Positions 24,968 through 41,912 of a DNA stretch of 64,000 nt are shown here, in pieces. The stretch spans positions 7,626,001 to 7,690,000 of the forward strand of contig CM022667.1 in the NCBI GenBank assembly GCA_012295275.1, in the 5' to 3' direction. Every line of letters begins with the position of its first letter. Within the stretch, counting starts at the first letter, position 1. Source of the stretch: Chrysomallon squamiferum. Its lineage: Eukaryota; Animalia; Mollusca. The notes beneath the pieces are model-generated. The model saw only the letters and a program-made list of their open reading frames with translations. It was not told where the DNA came from and searched no databases. The position numbers and the translations under genes were made by a program.

Positions 24968-25928
24968 GAAGAATTCCTTGAAAAGAAAATGAATGATTAT
25001 ATTAAATGATAACAAAATACAGTGTAAAAATAAAATGTCATTCATTTTTATAAGTCTGATGTTGTTTTTCTTTTGTTCCTGTTGTTGATGTGCTATAGCT
25101 CTAGTGTAGTAAATTTGAAAATATTTAATTAAACCTGTCTGTAGTATTGTGAGTCAGTAAGAACTCACGTGTGTTCGTGTTTGTGTGTTTTCTGCTTTTG
25201 TGTTTGAATATTTGAATATGTGAGTGAATGCGTATGTGTGTGTGAATGTGTGAGTATTTGTGTGAGTGAGTGTGTGTGTGTGTGTGTGAATGTGTAAATG
25301 AATGTGTGTGTGTACTCGCACACTCGACTTCAGTGTTTTGAACTATGGTGACGTATTTGAATTATTTTCAAATTACAGATAAAATAAAACTTCAGAAATG
25401 CGATGTATACAACTACAACAGCGACATTATTACTACAACACGTTCATCTTAGTTTTTTTTGTATTGAGCGTTTCTATGAAAGAAATATCACATTTTGTTA
25501 AAAACAACCCGTGTTTTATATAATTATATCTAATTTAAATATGCTCAGAGTAAGACATTAAATGAACGCTAGACTTTCAGTAGAGTTTGAATGAGAGGAA
25601 GAGTAAAGTGAACATAATGAAAATGAAAGTTTTGGATGTTGTTGTATTGCAGTCTGGTGAATATGTTGGGAATTTTTTAACGTATTTTATGAATGTCAGA
25701 GAAAACAAAAAATCTGAATAAGTTTGCTAGTTATTGTTTGTGGTTTTAAGTATGAAATTGTTCTTGCAGATATTGTTCATTTTATATTTTAACTTTGTGC
25801 TAGGAGTTAAGATTATTATACTTTTTAATTAGAAATGAACATCAAATACGACGGACGAAATGAAGAATATGTCGACATCTTAATGTGTCAACAAAAAGTT
25901 ATTAATAAACAAACTAACAAAAAAACTA

Positions 25929-25987
<59 letters not shown>

Positions 25988-26219
25988 CAACAACAACAAC
26001 AATAACCATTAATAAGAAATAAATAATTAAATAGATAAGCAAGAAAAAAGCAGACTAAAAAATGCAAGAAAAAAGACAACAAATGTGTGTGTGTGCGTGT
26101 ATGTGCGTTTTGAAGAAGATCAAATTATCTTAATATAACTTGATTTTTGTTTTAAAACTGCAACATTTTTACAAATAACAATACCAGTCTGAAATGAGTA
26201 CAGTTTTAAAACGCTGTTG

Positions 26220-26267
<48 letters not shown>

Positions 26268-26451
26268 GACAATCAAGCATGATGCCCGCTAGTATGCCCA
26301 TTTACATTCTTTTATATCAGTGATTTTCTGATTTGCTGGTGTCATAGATAGACAGAGATAAACTTAAAAAATTAGAAATAAACAAAATGTAAAGATGTAA
26401 AAATACGAAATAAATAAATAAATTTAAAAAAAAATGAGAAAAGAAGAGGAT

Positions 26452-28545
26452 AGATCGTAGAAACCATATTGCCTCTTGCTACACCACTAAAGTAATTTGC
26501 ACTTTCATTTACGATTTAATTTCCAAACAAACACTTTAAATATCTATTTTAAGTTTAGATGTTGACTAACAGTTTGTGCTTTTAGTTGTATTTCTCTGTG
26601 ACTGGTTTGGGAAGTTTTAAACATGGCAGACTAGTTCTGATTCGAAGATAATGTGTGTTACGTCACAATTAGAAATAAAACATGACTCGATTGATCCCTT
26701 TTTCGTCACAGTCAACGTCATTTCCGGGGTTTGAACTTAGTACTTATCTGTCTGAAGGTAAAGGTTAGCCAGTATGATTCCGGCTAGCATTTGACAATGA
26801 TTATGGCTTCACATTCCTTTAGATTGTCATTTAGTCGTACAGAAACACGGTACGAGAAGAAACCCAAGACCCACAAACAGCGAGTCAGTGAGTGAAAAAA
26901 TGAACGTACTTACGTGCCTGAAGGCAATAACTTAGCCAATAAGACCAAAAAAAAAAAATAATAATAACTAAATAAAATAAAATAAAATAAAATAAATAAA
27001 ATATTATTATTTGAATGTAATAAAACAACTACAAAATAATATATATATTTTAAAAGCACATTTGCACCAATAGATGTCATTAAAACAGAAAAGAATCGTA
27101 ACCGGAAGGAGATTAAATTATTATTACTCGTTTTTAACTGTTAAAGTCTAATTTAATGTTTTCTTCATTAGCAATATTTGTTTCACTGGCATCAACGTTT
27201 TCTAATAGTTTATGTAAACATGACACACACACAAAGAAATCTTCACTGAGTCTGTTAACGTGCACGTGCAGTAAAATACAGCAGTTGAAGAAAATCAGCA
27301 GATAACTGAATATTAGAAAAAACAGTTTAACTACACAGTCTGTTAATGTCACACAGAAAAGGTGCAAAACGAAAGATATAAAGTTAGATAAAAGAATAAA
27401 GAGTGGAAAGATGCAATGTCAAGAAAGAGAGAAAGAGAAAGAAATAGAGAAAAGAGAAGTCATGCAAATCGTACGTTTGGAAACGATTCCGGCTAGTATA
27501 GATATTTAACAATAATTTTTAATTACATTCCTCAGTCGAGTTCGCTGATGTAGTAAAAAATACTTTTTAGTCGTACATGCACACACTACGAGAAGACAGC
27601 CAAGACCCTGTCATAAAATCAGTCTCGGAATCTTCGGACATGTTTGACTAAATAATGACGTAACGGTATATGCTGACATAATGGAGGACGTCGCAGTGTT
27701 CTTAAAGAACGTTTGTTTCAGTTTCAAAATATGGATTAACGAGTTGCTCGTTGCTTGTTCCTTTTTAAATAACAGAAACACTTTTGCGATTTTCCCCAGT
27801 GGATATGAAAACTGCAAGGTTTTGCTGTCGTTGAAAAGAGGAATTGTTTACAGTTGATGATTTGAAACATCAAAAAATCAGAAATACATCAGAAGTAAAT
27901 AGTTCTTAAATAGAGCATATATTAGTTTTATAAATGAAAAGCTATTCTAAATTGTCTTTAGAGTTCTAATCTAGCACTAATGAAATAACTTTAAATAATA
28001 TACCAAGTCTCTTCGCTCGCCTCTCTTTGAAAGCTGTCACGTGTTAATCAGCTGACCGTCACGTCACTATTTGGGCCGATTCAAACGTCCGAGGATTTCC
28101 GAGTCGGTTATTTAATGTTAGGGGACTAAGGTTTCTTTTTGTAACGTGTTTATTATACTGTTTATGGTACCATTAACTCGAAAATGACCGACCTAAAGGA
28201 ATCTGAATCCATAATCATTGTTAAATGCTAACCGGAATCATACTGGTTAAGTATTACCTTCAGACAGATAAGTACTACATTCAAACCCAGGAAATGACGT
28301 TTACTGTGACGAAACGATGAGCAAGGGAATCATTTTTCTAATTGTGACGTAACACACATTATCTTCGAATCAGAACTAGCCTGCCGTGTTTGAAACCTTA
28401 CCAAACAAGTCACAGAATAATCTAACCAAAAACACAAACCGTTAGTCAACATTTAAAAGTTAAAATAGAATTTTAAAGTGTCGTTTGGAAATTAAATGAA
28501 ACTGGAAATCATTTTAGTAAAATGCAAGATGGTTTCTACGATCTT
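26452..28545. repeat. Imperfect inverted repeat pair (about 26452-26822 and 28195-28545)
   Basis: gattcgaagataatgtgtgttacgtcacaattagaa...ttatctgtctgaaggta...gattccggctagcattt at 26640-26822 is reverse-complemented at 28195-28380. Similarity extends outward to tcgtagaaaccat. Confidence 0.8.
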
Positions 28546-28640
28546 CCCTGTCTGGCAAACGAACTGGATTTGTTTCGATCAGGAATTTAAACAAAAGCAT
28601 ATCAATACATGTTATTGACTCTCTGTTTTGCTGGGTACTT

Positions 28641-28706
<66 letters not shown>

Positions 28707-29194
28707 TTACTAGCATTAATACTGTTTATCTACTTACTTACTAATAATTAAGAAAAGATCATTAATTAAATGAATGAAAAAATAGAAGAAATTCGAAGAA
28801 GCAAATAAGAAAGAAATGTTTGATTTAGCGATGAACTCAACACAGAAGCGTTTCTACAATTTATTGGAGAAATAAATGATATATGTTAACTCAGTCTCTG
28901 TAAACTTTGTGCATTGGTGACAGGGAAGTTACGTAGTTTACACAGAAATCATTGGGAGGTGGTGATTTCATCTTTCTCTAAAACTTTGTCGTTACTATCA
29001 ACAAAGACTGAGTTGTAAATGCAGGTAAATTAGGCTTATATAAAATATTAATACAGCAAACTTTATAAATAAACAACCAGAGATCTTAATTTAAATTAGT
29101 TTTATTTTCAATCATGTAATTAGAAATAGTATTTAATTCATTATTAAATACATTTTTTCTTTTTTTCTTTACTGATTTTATTCGAATGTCATGG

Positions 29195-29285
29195 TTACTT
29201 TGGACATCTGCAGTCTTGTGGTAGCTCAGATCATCGTAACGCTCGCCTTCTTTCCACTAATCACATGGTTTTTCTCAGTAAGCTT
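29195..29285 (-). pseudogene. Highly degraded C-type exon 4 fragment
   Basis: Reads AY*EKPCD*WKEGE... with in-frame TGA and TAG and deletions, ending in tgtccaaagtaa like C exon 4. Confidence 0.75.
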
Positions 29286-29372
29286 GATTATGAGATTAGC
29301 AGCAAAAGAACACGTAATAAGAACACAAATATATCGATGTTTTATAAATTAATAGTTGGCTTTCCCTGGAAT

Positions 29373-29499
<127 letters not shown>

Positions 29500-29654
29500 G
29501 AATAATAATAATAAATAAAAATTTTAAAAATCTTTATTTATTTAAAAAAATAATAATATTAATTTATTTATTCATTTATTTATTAAGTAAAAATTTAAAA
29601 AAAATTTATTTATTTATTTATTCATTATTTTATTTATTCATTTATTTATTATTT

Positions 29655-29655
29655 T

Positions 29656-29689
<34 letters not shown>

Positions 29690-29817
29690 CAGAGAGAGAG
29701 AGAGAGAGAAGAGAGAGATTTCCCGTATATGTTTCATTTGTGTTTTAAACAATGATCGAATAAAAAAATAATAATAAGTTAAAAATGTTGAAAAAGTTTT
29801 TATTTATTTGTTCATTT

Positions 29818-29860
<43 letters not shown>

Positions 29861-29873
29861 TTTGTTTGTTCAT

Positions 29874-29924
<51 letters not shown>

Positions 29925-30855
29925 TTTGTTCATTTATTTATTTATTTTTCTTTTTTTATTATTTGTCTTTGCTATAAATACCCAAAATTTTAATAATAAT
30001 TCTTCCAAACTTCAAATTTTTTCATCTTTGGGAAGATCGGTTAGAAACCATGTTGACCTATTTACTAAAGTTGTTTTGAAGTTTCATTTAATTTCCAAAC
30101 GAAGCTTTAAAATTCTATTTTAAGTTTAAATGTTGACTAACAGTTAAAATACTTTGATTTTACTTTATATTTTTTATTAAAATGTGACTGGTTATTTTTC
30201 TTTTAAACAAAACACAGACTAGTTATGATTCGAAGATAAAGTGTGTTACGTCACACGAAGGAAAGTAAATTATTTTTATCTTCTTTGTTTTTGCTGATAA
30301 AATCTAGTTTAATGTTTTCTTCATTACCCATTATTTTTTACTGGGATCAACGATTTCAACGACTACATCACTGATACACGTGTGGACGATGACGCCAGAT
30401 TTCAGCTACAACTCTGGAACCAGTAGAACAACGTGGGACCTCGGACCAACAACAGTTTTGAAGAGTTCACCACAAGTTGAAGAACCGGATGCGAAAAGCG
30501 CATCCCAGTCTGTTTGAGTTCGTCACACACGTAAAGAAAGTCCTGCTACAGACCGTGCAAGAACAGTTCAAGTGAACCTTGCAGGAGTCCACCAAACACA
30601 GGACGGACCTACAGGGACTGCGTGAGCGACTTGTCCGTCTCAAAGATCACCCAGCGACCGCTGGACATTTGATCAATGCTAAACTGAAATAGTGTGAACA
30701 TTGATCTGTGAGAATTGCTATGAACATTGAACATAATATAATCAACTAACCTGTGAAAACTGAAATAGTGTGAACATTGATCTGTGGGAACTGCTATGAA
30801 CATTGAACATAATATAATCAACTAACCTGTGAAAACTCAAAAAGTAAAAAAAAAA
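29655..30855. repeat. Left arm of a long inverted repeat flanking gene C1
   Basis: Reverse complement of 35280-36795 (gapped). The core 30245-30855 versus 35280-35810 is nearly identical. Confidence 0.85.
30355..30670 (+). mobile_element. Mutator/MULE-type transposase fragment (relic)
   Basis: Translates, with a stop and frameshifts, as FNDYITDTRVDDDARFQLQLWNQ*NNVGPRTNNSFE.FHHKLKNRMRKAHPSLFEFVTHVKK. This matches the FxDY...WN...RTNNxxExxH...HP region around the catalytic Glu of MULE transposases. Confidence 0.75.
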
Positions 30856-31249
30856 GAAAAAAGACTACGGCATATAGGCAGGTGATACAGGTAGAACGTC
30901 ATAATCACTCAAGCAATAAATCCCTAATTATGTTGTTACAAAATGGTACTTTACCCAGTGCCAGGATGTAAAATACAGCAGTTAAAGAAAATTGTGTCAC
31001 ACATAATTTTTAAAAGAAAGAAGAAGAAAGGTACAAGAAAAGAGAAAAGAGTGGAAAGATGCAGTGCAAAGACAGGTACAGAGAAAACAGAAACAGAAAG
31101 AGACAGAGAGATGTTTCTAAAACCAAGAGAATGTAACATTATACAAAAAACTTCCACAGACTGAGTCAATTCTATCCTTTGACGTTAAAGTACAAACAAG
31201 ATTAAAAACATTCAGCTCAGATGCATCCGCATATATATATATAGATAGT

Positions 31250-31285
<36 letters not shown>

Positions 31286-32095
31286 CAGATAGACAGACAG
31301 ATAGACAGACAGATAGATAGATGTGAACACTTTAAATCAGCATTTAGAAAAAAAACAGAAATAAAAAACGCCGCTAAAAGTTCAGTATTTGACGGGTGTT
31401 CAACGCCCCATAATCATTTTCCCCAGAATTCTAACCCGTCGCTGATCCACGCAGTAGACTACAGACACAACGTTATAAACTCCATAGCAGAAATAGTAAC
31501 TTTTCTCAAAACAAAGAACATGGATTTATAGCGATTTTGAACCGAACTCTTCAAATATATATACATATATTTATATATATATATACATGTGACAAAAGTG
31601 GAAATTTTCGAGATAGTTTCTGGTTTATGGCTAACATCTGTACTAGTGTAGAGTAAATTAGCTAGGTTTTTTGTTAGTTATTTTATAATCAGACCTGCAT
31701 ATCCTACCCGGCACTCACAACACATATAAATAATAATAAGTTACTTTATCGACATCAACAAACAAACAAACAAATCTTTTTTTCCAGTGAATCCAGTCTT
31801 TATAAACATATTGCATTTGTGACTGGTAAATTGTCTTGTTTAATGATTGGGAGGCGGTGTTTTCATCTTTCTCTAAAACTTTGTCTTACTTTTAAATACA
31901 GGTAAATGAGGCTTATATAAAATACTTAATATTATTAACACAGCAAACAATTATAAATAAACCAGTTTATTTCCAATCATGTAATGAGAAATAGTCAATT
32001 TAATTTTTTTTATTCTCTATTATTATTATTATTTCCGTTGTGTAAGTATTCAAATATTCATATTTTATTAGTGAATGACATGTCTGTTGTCATGG

Positions 32096-33912
<1,817 letters not shown>

Positions 33913-34034
33913 TTTCTCCAACAACCTTTTACAGACGCTAATTTGAAAACAGCTGTCAAATATCTCTTCTCCAAATGTGAAAAATGCTTCTCCTGTTTTT
34001 CTACAAACTGTAAGAGCTCAGATATTAAGATGTG

Positions 34035-34041
34035 TTATATA
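34035..34041 (-). promoter_or_regulatory. TATA box of C1
   Basis: tatataa about 123 nt upstream of the ATG; the same position is conserved at 47921-47927 and 58898-58904. Confidence 0.6.
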
Positions 34042-35227
34042 GCGAACATCGTACAGAAAACAACCAATGAACGATTATTTTTGATGTGTTACCGGGTTCT
34101 ACCAGTTAGTAACCGGATTTGAATTTCACATAAAAATAATCAGAAAGATTAAGTCAGGTGAACCATAAAAAAATAAATTTAAAAGGTCCATCAATATTTA
34201 CTGTATGTTTTAAAGTAAATACACAGATAAAGTCACATAGCAAGATATATATTTATTATTATTTTATTTTTTTTTGTTATGAAAATTTTGATTTTAAAAC
34301 TTTACTTCTGGGTGGTTTGTAGTTTAATGACAAAACTCCAGTCGAGACTTGACAGATGTATAATAAACTTTATTGCACGTGACTTTTTCCAAATCTAACT
34401 CAGGTCTCTAAGTGACAGGTATTGTGATGAGAATGTGTGTACGAAACATTTCTATGTATGAAAAGGTTTAGATTAATACTTCGAATATATTTTCTATAAA
34501 TCCACCATAATCTCTCATCTGTTTTTATACCTAATTTCAATTTGGTCTGACTGTCCACCAGGTGTATAAATATATTTTGTAAACTTACAAATGATGGTTG
34601 TTAGTTTAAGGCGCCCATATTTTACTAGTAATAAAGTCTGGCACAATTGCAGGCTGGAAATACCGATGTTAACTATTTAGCTATGACGTCACTTCATGAA
34701 AATAATTTTTTTAGAATTTTTAAAAAATATTTATTAGTAATTATTGATCTAATCTGTTTATTGAAGATCTTTCTAATTCTTTTTATTTCGTTCTTCTTTT
34801 TATTTTATTTTTTATTTTAGTCTCTTTTTTCTTTTCCCTTAATAATCTTTCAAGACAAACGACACAATCACATTTTTTAAAAATAATTTTTACTGATTTT
34901 TCCCCTTTAACAGAAACTGCTTTGATAATAATGCACTCATTCAAACAGAACGATTATAAGAAGCATATAAAACTTTATTATTATAAAAAATACTACTGTT
35001 GTTACTGCTGTCATTATATTATCATATTGTTGTTATTATTGTTGTTTTTGTTTATTTTACAATTTTTCAATTTGTTTGTATGTGTGTAAAAAGTAAGTAA
35101 AATGTAAGAAAAAAATTGATTTATTTTTAACTGAATTTATAACATGAAAACCTCAGCAATAAAACTGCAGTAACTCAACATAGAAAACTGACAAAGAAAA
35201 CAGAAGCAAACATTTTCTGTACATCTC

Positions 35228-35275
<48 letters not shown>

Positions 35276-35279
35276 TATT

Positions 35280-36529
35280 TTTTTTTTACTTTTTGAGTTT
35301 TCACAGGTTAGTTGATTATATTATGTTCAATGTTCATAGCAATTCTCACAGATCAATGTTCACACTATTTCAGTTTAGCATTGATCAAATGTCCAGCGGT
35401 CGCTGGGTGATCTTTGAGACGGACAAGTCGCTCACGCAGTCCCTGTAGGTCCGTCCTGTGTTTGGTGGACTCCTGCAAGGTTCACTTGAACTGTTCTTGC
35501 ACGGTCTGTAGCAGGACTTTCTTTACGTGTGTGACGAACTCAAACAGGCTGGGATGCGCTTTTCGCATCCGGTTCTTCAACTTGTGGTGAACTCTTCAAA
35601 ACTGTTGTTGGTCCGAGGTCCCACGTTGTTCTACTGGTTCCAGAGTTGTAGCTGAAATCTGGCGTCATCGTCCACACGTGTATCAGTGATGTAGTCGTTG
35701 AAATCGTTGATCCCAGTAAAAAATAATGGGTAATGAAGAAAACATTAAACTAGATTTTGTCAGCAAAAAAAAAAAAGAAGATAAAAATAATTTACTTTCC
35801 TTCGTGTTACGTTTCTTCCTTTTCTTTAATGACATCTACCTGTGTTTTGACAAAACAGAAAAATATATTATTTTGTATTTATTTTAATAAATTTAAATAA
35901 TAAAGTAAAATCAGTCGAAGTATTTTAATTCGTTTTCACCTGTTATTAAATCACCTGCTGGGAAAAATCCATTAAATAATATTAAATATGTCACAACTCC
36001 ACACCTCTCCAAATATTTCACAAACAACAGTCAAAATATTATGTCAAGCGATGGTTCTGAACCGACTTCACCCGAATGACATGATTTGCTTTTTTTCTCT
36101 TTTTTTATTATTATTATTATTTTGGCTAGGTTTCTACCTTCAGACGGGTTAAGTCCTGCGTTCAAACCGAGGAAAAGACGTTTACTGTGACGAAACAAAG
36201 AGCCAGCGAGTCGTGTTTTATTTCTAACTGTGACGTAACACACATTATCTTCGAATCAGAACTAGTCTGCCATGTTTATTACTTTGCAAAACCAGTCACA
36301 CAGAAATATAACTACAAACACAAACTGTTAGTCAACATTTAAATAGAATTTTAAAGCTTCGTTTGGAAATTAAATGAAACTGGAAATCACTTTAGTACTG
36401 TAGCATGAGGCAACATGGTTTCTACGATCTACCCAAAGACGAAACAATAAGAAGTATGGAAGAAGTAAAGAAAATAATGATAGCAAAGCAAATAATAAAA
36501 AAAGACAAATAAATAAATAAATGAACAAA

Positions 36530-36580
<51 letters not shown>

Positions 36581-36593
36581 ATGAACAAACAAA

Positions 36594-36632
<39 letters not shown>

Positions 36633-36736
36633 ATGAACAAATAAATAAAGAGTTTTTAATTTTTTTTAATTATTATTATTTTTATATTCGATCATTGTTT
36701 AAACACACACACACACTCTAACATATACGCATGGAC

Positions 36737-36795
<59 letters not shown>
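35280..36795. repeat. Right arm of the inverted repeat flanking C1
   Basis: Reverse complement of 29655-30855, with extra internal sequence at about 35810-36230. Confidence 0.85.
35390..35702 (-). mobile_element. Second, inverted copy of the MULE transposase fragment
   Basis: Near-exact reverse complement of 30355-30670, including the same junction with host sequence. Confidence 0.75.
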
Positions 36796-36797
<2 letters not shown>

Positions 36798-37521
36798 TAT
36801 AATACACAATATATTATCTATCTCAGTTTAACACACAGCAGGCGCTGAACGTTTCAATGTTTTCAGAGAAAAGTTTCATTGAAAACAAACTGATTGATGA
36901 TAAGATTGAACAAAATTAATTAAAAAAACAAACATTAAAACATTTGTATGACCGCGAGTGTATAACTATGAGAATTTTTGGAATCATGATAAAGATTTTT
37001 CGTTTTATGTATTTTTCTTTTTGATATCTCTTTTGTGCGTATGAAAATTAGTTTGCTAATTACACGACTAAAATAGAAATTCTTCTGAAAAGTACCATGA
37101 ATATTTTTTTAAATAATAAATTTTATAAGTGTTTTCTTTACTTCTGTTTTTTAAATGTTTGTCTTAAACGTTATCAAGATTTCTGTGAGATTTTTAATAT
37201 CATGTAATATAATTACATTTAGTTTTATTATTATTGTTGTTGTTATTGTTATTATTATTATTACTATTATTATTATTATTATCATCATCTTTATTATTGT
37301 TGTTGTTGTTGTTGTTGTTTTAAGGTGTGTCTAATGTCACGCTGACAGATTCTGTGTTGTGAATCAGCGAAACGTATCAACATTCTTACATGTCTTGTTT
37401 TCAGAAATGTCAGACTGCTAAAACAGAAACCTACCTACCAACCTACCAACCAACCAAACAAACAAACAAACAAAAAGAAAAAATAGGAAAAAAGGAAGGA
37501 ACCCCCCCAAGTTATGAAAGC

Positions 37522-37623
<102 letters not shown>

Positions 37624-37729
37624 AATAAATAAATAAATAAATGAAAATGGAATAAAATTCCGAATCTCTCCTCCAAAAATATCATATGAATGAAATTTAT
37701 TATTGTTATTGTTATTATTATTATTATTA

Positions 37730-37789
<60 letters not shown>

Positions 37790-39443
37790 TGTTTGTCTGT
37801 TTGCTTATTTAAAAGAATCATTCATTTTGCTTGCTGCATATCCAGTTAGTTTGATGTTTTTACAAACATTCCTGGATGGATGGACTGATGGATGGATTTA
37901 TGTTTTGTATGTATATATATGTATATTTTATAGGTGTATTTGTGTAAGGGTATGGTTTATCTATCTATCTATCTGCCATTCTATTTATTTATTAATTAGT
38001 TTCTTTGTTTGTTTGTTTGCTTGCTTGTTTGTGTGTTTATTTATTTATTTATTTATTTTAGAGATGTATTTATTAATGTAGATAAACTCACACTAACATC
38101 AAACTAAAATCTTTTAACAGATCTCAATGAATTTTATATCAAGTTGTTTTACCAGTTTGTGTAAGTCGACTGACTGAATGAATGAAAAAATAAAAATAAA
38201 ATGTAACGTGCTAATCAGAGCAAGCTGTTGTGAAGCACGTCTGCGACGGGCTCGCTTTCTGACAGTTCAGCGGGTGTGTTCGTCGCTGTAAGTGGACTGT
38301 TTTCATAATGTTTCTATACACTTCACTCGCTGTGTGAACACGGTGTACACCTGTTTATGTCTTGTTATGTAAATATCGCTACTGGAGTAGAAAATGTATC
38401 TCTCAGATGTTGGTAGGAAAATAACGCGTTATTGTAAGAAAACTAGGTCAGTTTAAACAAACAAAACCATATATCAAAAAAACAAACAAAAAACAACAAC
38501 AACAACAAAAAACAACAACTAAATAAATAAATAAATAATATTTGTAGTTGAAGTAGTAGTGGTAATAATGAACGAATAAATGAACGAATAAATAAATAAA
38601 TATATAAATAAATAAACAAATAAACAAAGTGAAATATTTTCATATCCCAGTCCACATTTATTCATTGACTGTTTGCCTTTTTGTTTGTTTATTTACATGT
38701 TTATTTATGTATTAATTTGTATATCTGTTTATTTATTAATTTGTTTATTTGTTTGTTTATTTGTCTGTTTGTTTGTTTATTTCTCAAATTAAAAAAAACT
38801 TCTATCTCACTCAGTGAACTTTGTGTCGAGCTGTTTTGTCAGCTTCCATTAGCCGACAGTTTTTACAAAACATTAAAAAATAAACAGAGATACTCAGTAC
38901 AAAAAAACTCTGAGCATATTTAAATTTAATATAATTATATAAAACACGGGTTGTTTTTAACAAAATGTGATATTTCTTTCATAGAAACGCTCAATTCAAA
39001 AAAACTAAGATGAACGTGTTGTAGTACTAATGTCGCTGTTGTAGTTGTATACATCGCATTTCTCAAGTTTTATTTTATCTGTGATTTGAAAATACTTGAA
39101 ATACGTCATCATAGTTAAAACACTGAAGTTGAATGAGTGTGAATACATACATACATATACACGTTCACACATTCACACACATATACATACATACATATAC
39201 ACGTTCACACATTCACACACACACATACACACATATACACTGACTGACAATACTAGAGACTGGTCAATCATAAGAAGATTCTCACAGAACATTAAAAACA
39301 CAGATTTAACTAAATATTTCCACATTCAGTACACTGGAGATACAACACACTAATAATAGTAAAGAAAAAAAAAGAAACAAAAAAATCAGTTGTAAAAATT
39401 AATTACATTTTATTCTCGCAACGTACTCTGACATTTAAAACAG

Positions 39444-40718
39444 TTATTCAGTTTGTTTTAAAGGGCTTTTCGTAATATCAATTATTCCTCTCGAGTAACA
39501 CCTGCAGTCCTGTGGGAAGTATTCGTAGTTGAAATTGTAACCTGCACGCCAACGTCCACAGGGTTGTGTGCAGAAAGCGGGAAACCAGAATTTTGCTTTG
39601 CCAGTGTGATTGCAGTAAGAATATCTGTTACACGGGCAGAACTGAGAACAGCCTCTGTATCTGTAAAATTAACATTTTATATCAGTTACCATCTCTTAAT
39701 ATCATCATTTTATATCAGTTACTATCTCTTAATATCATCACTTTGTATCAGTTACTATCTCTTAATATCATCACTTTGTATCAGTTACTATCTCTTAATA
39801 TCATCACTTTGTATCAGTTACTATCTCTTAATATCATCATTTTATATCAGTTACTTTCTCTTAATATCATTATTTTATATCAGTTACTATCTCTTAATAT
39901 CATCACTTTGTATCAGTTACTATATCTTAATATCATCATTTTGTATCAGTTACTATATCTTAATATCATCACTTTGTATCAGTTACTATATCTTAATATC
40001 ATCATTTTATATCAGTTACTATCTCTTAATATCATCATTTTATATCAGTTACTATCTCTTAATATCATCACTTTGTATCAGTTACTATATCTTAATATCA
40101 TCACTTTGTATCAGTTACTATATCTTAATATCATCATTTTATATCAGTTACTATCTCTTAATATCATCATTTTATATCAGTTACTATCTCTTAATATCAT
40201 CACTATGTATCAGTTACTATATCTTAATATCATCACTGTATCAGTTACTATCTCTTAGTATCATCATTTTATATCAGTTACTATCTCTTAATATCATCAT
40301 TTTATATCAGTTACTATCTCTTAATATCATCACTTTGTATCAGTTACTATATCTTAATATCATCATTTTGTATCAGTTACTATCTCTTAATATCATCACT
40401 TTGTATCAGTTACTATATCTTAATACAATCACTTTGTATCAGTTAATATATCTTTTTATCAGTCTGTATAAAGAGACTGAATTATCTCTTACGTAAACTT
40501 GATACAAAATAAAAACACGGAGTAGGTGAATGCTCTGTTATCAGCTACATTTTTAAACATCTTTAATTCTTTGTATTTAATTTTTACTTGTATATCATAA
40601 TTATATATATATATTTTTTTGATTATAGAATAATGATATTATGTTAATAAGAATGCAATACTTTTTTTAAAGAATATTAGAATGTATTTGAAGAAGAAGA
40701 TTTATCAGGCTTTGTTTA

Positions 40719-40754
<36 letters not shown>

Positions 40755-41877
40755 GCATATACACATATAGACACACACACATATATATAATATGTTATGT
40801 ATCAGAATTGCAGATTATTTACAAAAAAATAAATAAAATAAAGTAAAAATAAATAAATAAACTTATCCTGTGTTGTCACAGGAACCACATTACACGTTAT
40901 TTAATATTAAATGTATACATGTTTTATAAAAGATATTATTTACATCATACTCTGTGCTATAAAATATGTTATTTATATGATACTATGTGTTATAAAATAT
41001 GTTATTTATATGATACTATGTGTTATAAAATGTTATTTATATGATACTACGTGCTATAAAATGTTATTTTATGATACTGTGTGTTACAAAATGTTATTTT
41101 ATGATACTACGTGCTATAAAATGTTATTTATATGATACTATGTGTTATAAAATGTTATTTATATGATACTACGTGCTATAAAATGTTATTTTATGATACT
41201 GTGTTATAAAATGTTATTTTGTGATACTGTGTGTTATAAAATGTTATTTATATGATACTGTGTGTTATAAAATGTTATTTTATGATACTGTGTGTTATAA
41301 AATGTTATTTTACGTGCTCTATATAAAACTACTCACACACAGGACACAGATCGGATGTTCCACATGGCGGGTTCGATGACGCGACATTTGTTTCCACAGA
41401 ACGAGACGACGTTCCTGACGCTGTACGGACACGGCTCACACGTCGTCTGCTGTGGCATTTTGGACGGCGACTCGACGCTGATTTTGTCAGTCGACGTCTT
41501 CATCGTTTCTACAGTCTCACGAGTGAAGAATTTCAGCATAGCATCCCCTGATTCCCTGAAATACATTTTTATCATCACCATCATCCTTATCATCATCATC
41601 ATCCCCGTATTATAATTATTATCATCATCACCATCGTTATGCACATGTAAACGTACGAAGAAACAGTCATGCACACAGTTACATAAATACAGACACATAT
41701 ATAGTAACATACAGACAGACAGACTGACAGACTGACAAGCAGACAGACAGACACACACACAGACTGACAGACACACACACACACACACACACAAACACGT
41801 TAATTTATAACTTACTTGCTGAGAGCGCTGCAGGCAGCCAGGAGAAAGAAACAAAGAAAAATTGACAGTTTCTGAAA

Positions 41878-41912
<35 letters not shown>

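Noticed and set aside
28010-28190. GC-richer unique segment, possible transposon end
   Set aside because: No terminal inverted repeat partner, target-site duplication or coding similarity that I could support.
39564-40496. 310-aa and 230-aa repeat ORFs
   Set aside because: These are translations of the stop-free 33-bp intronic minisatellite, antisense to B1.
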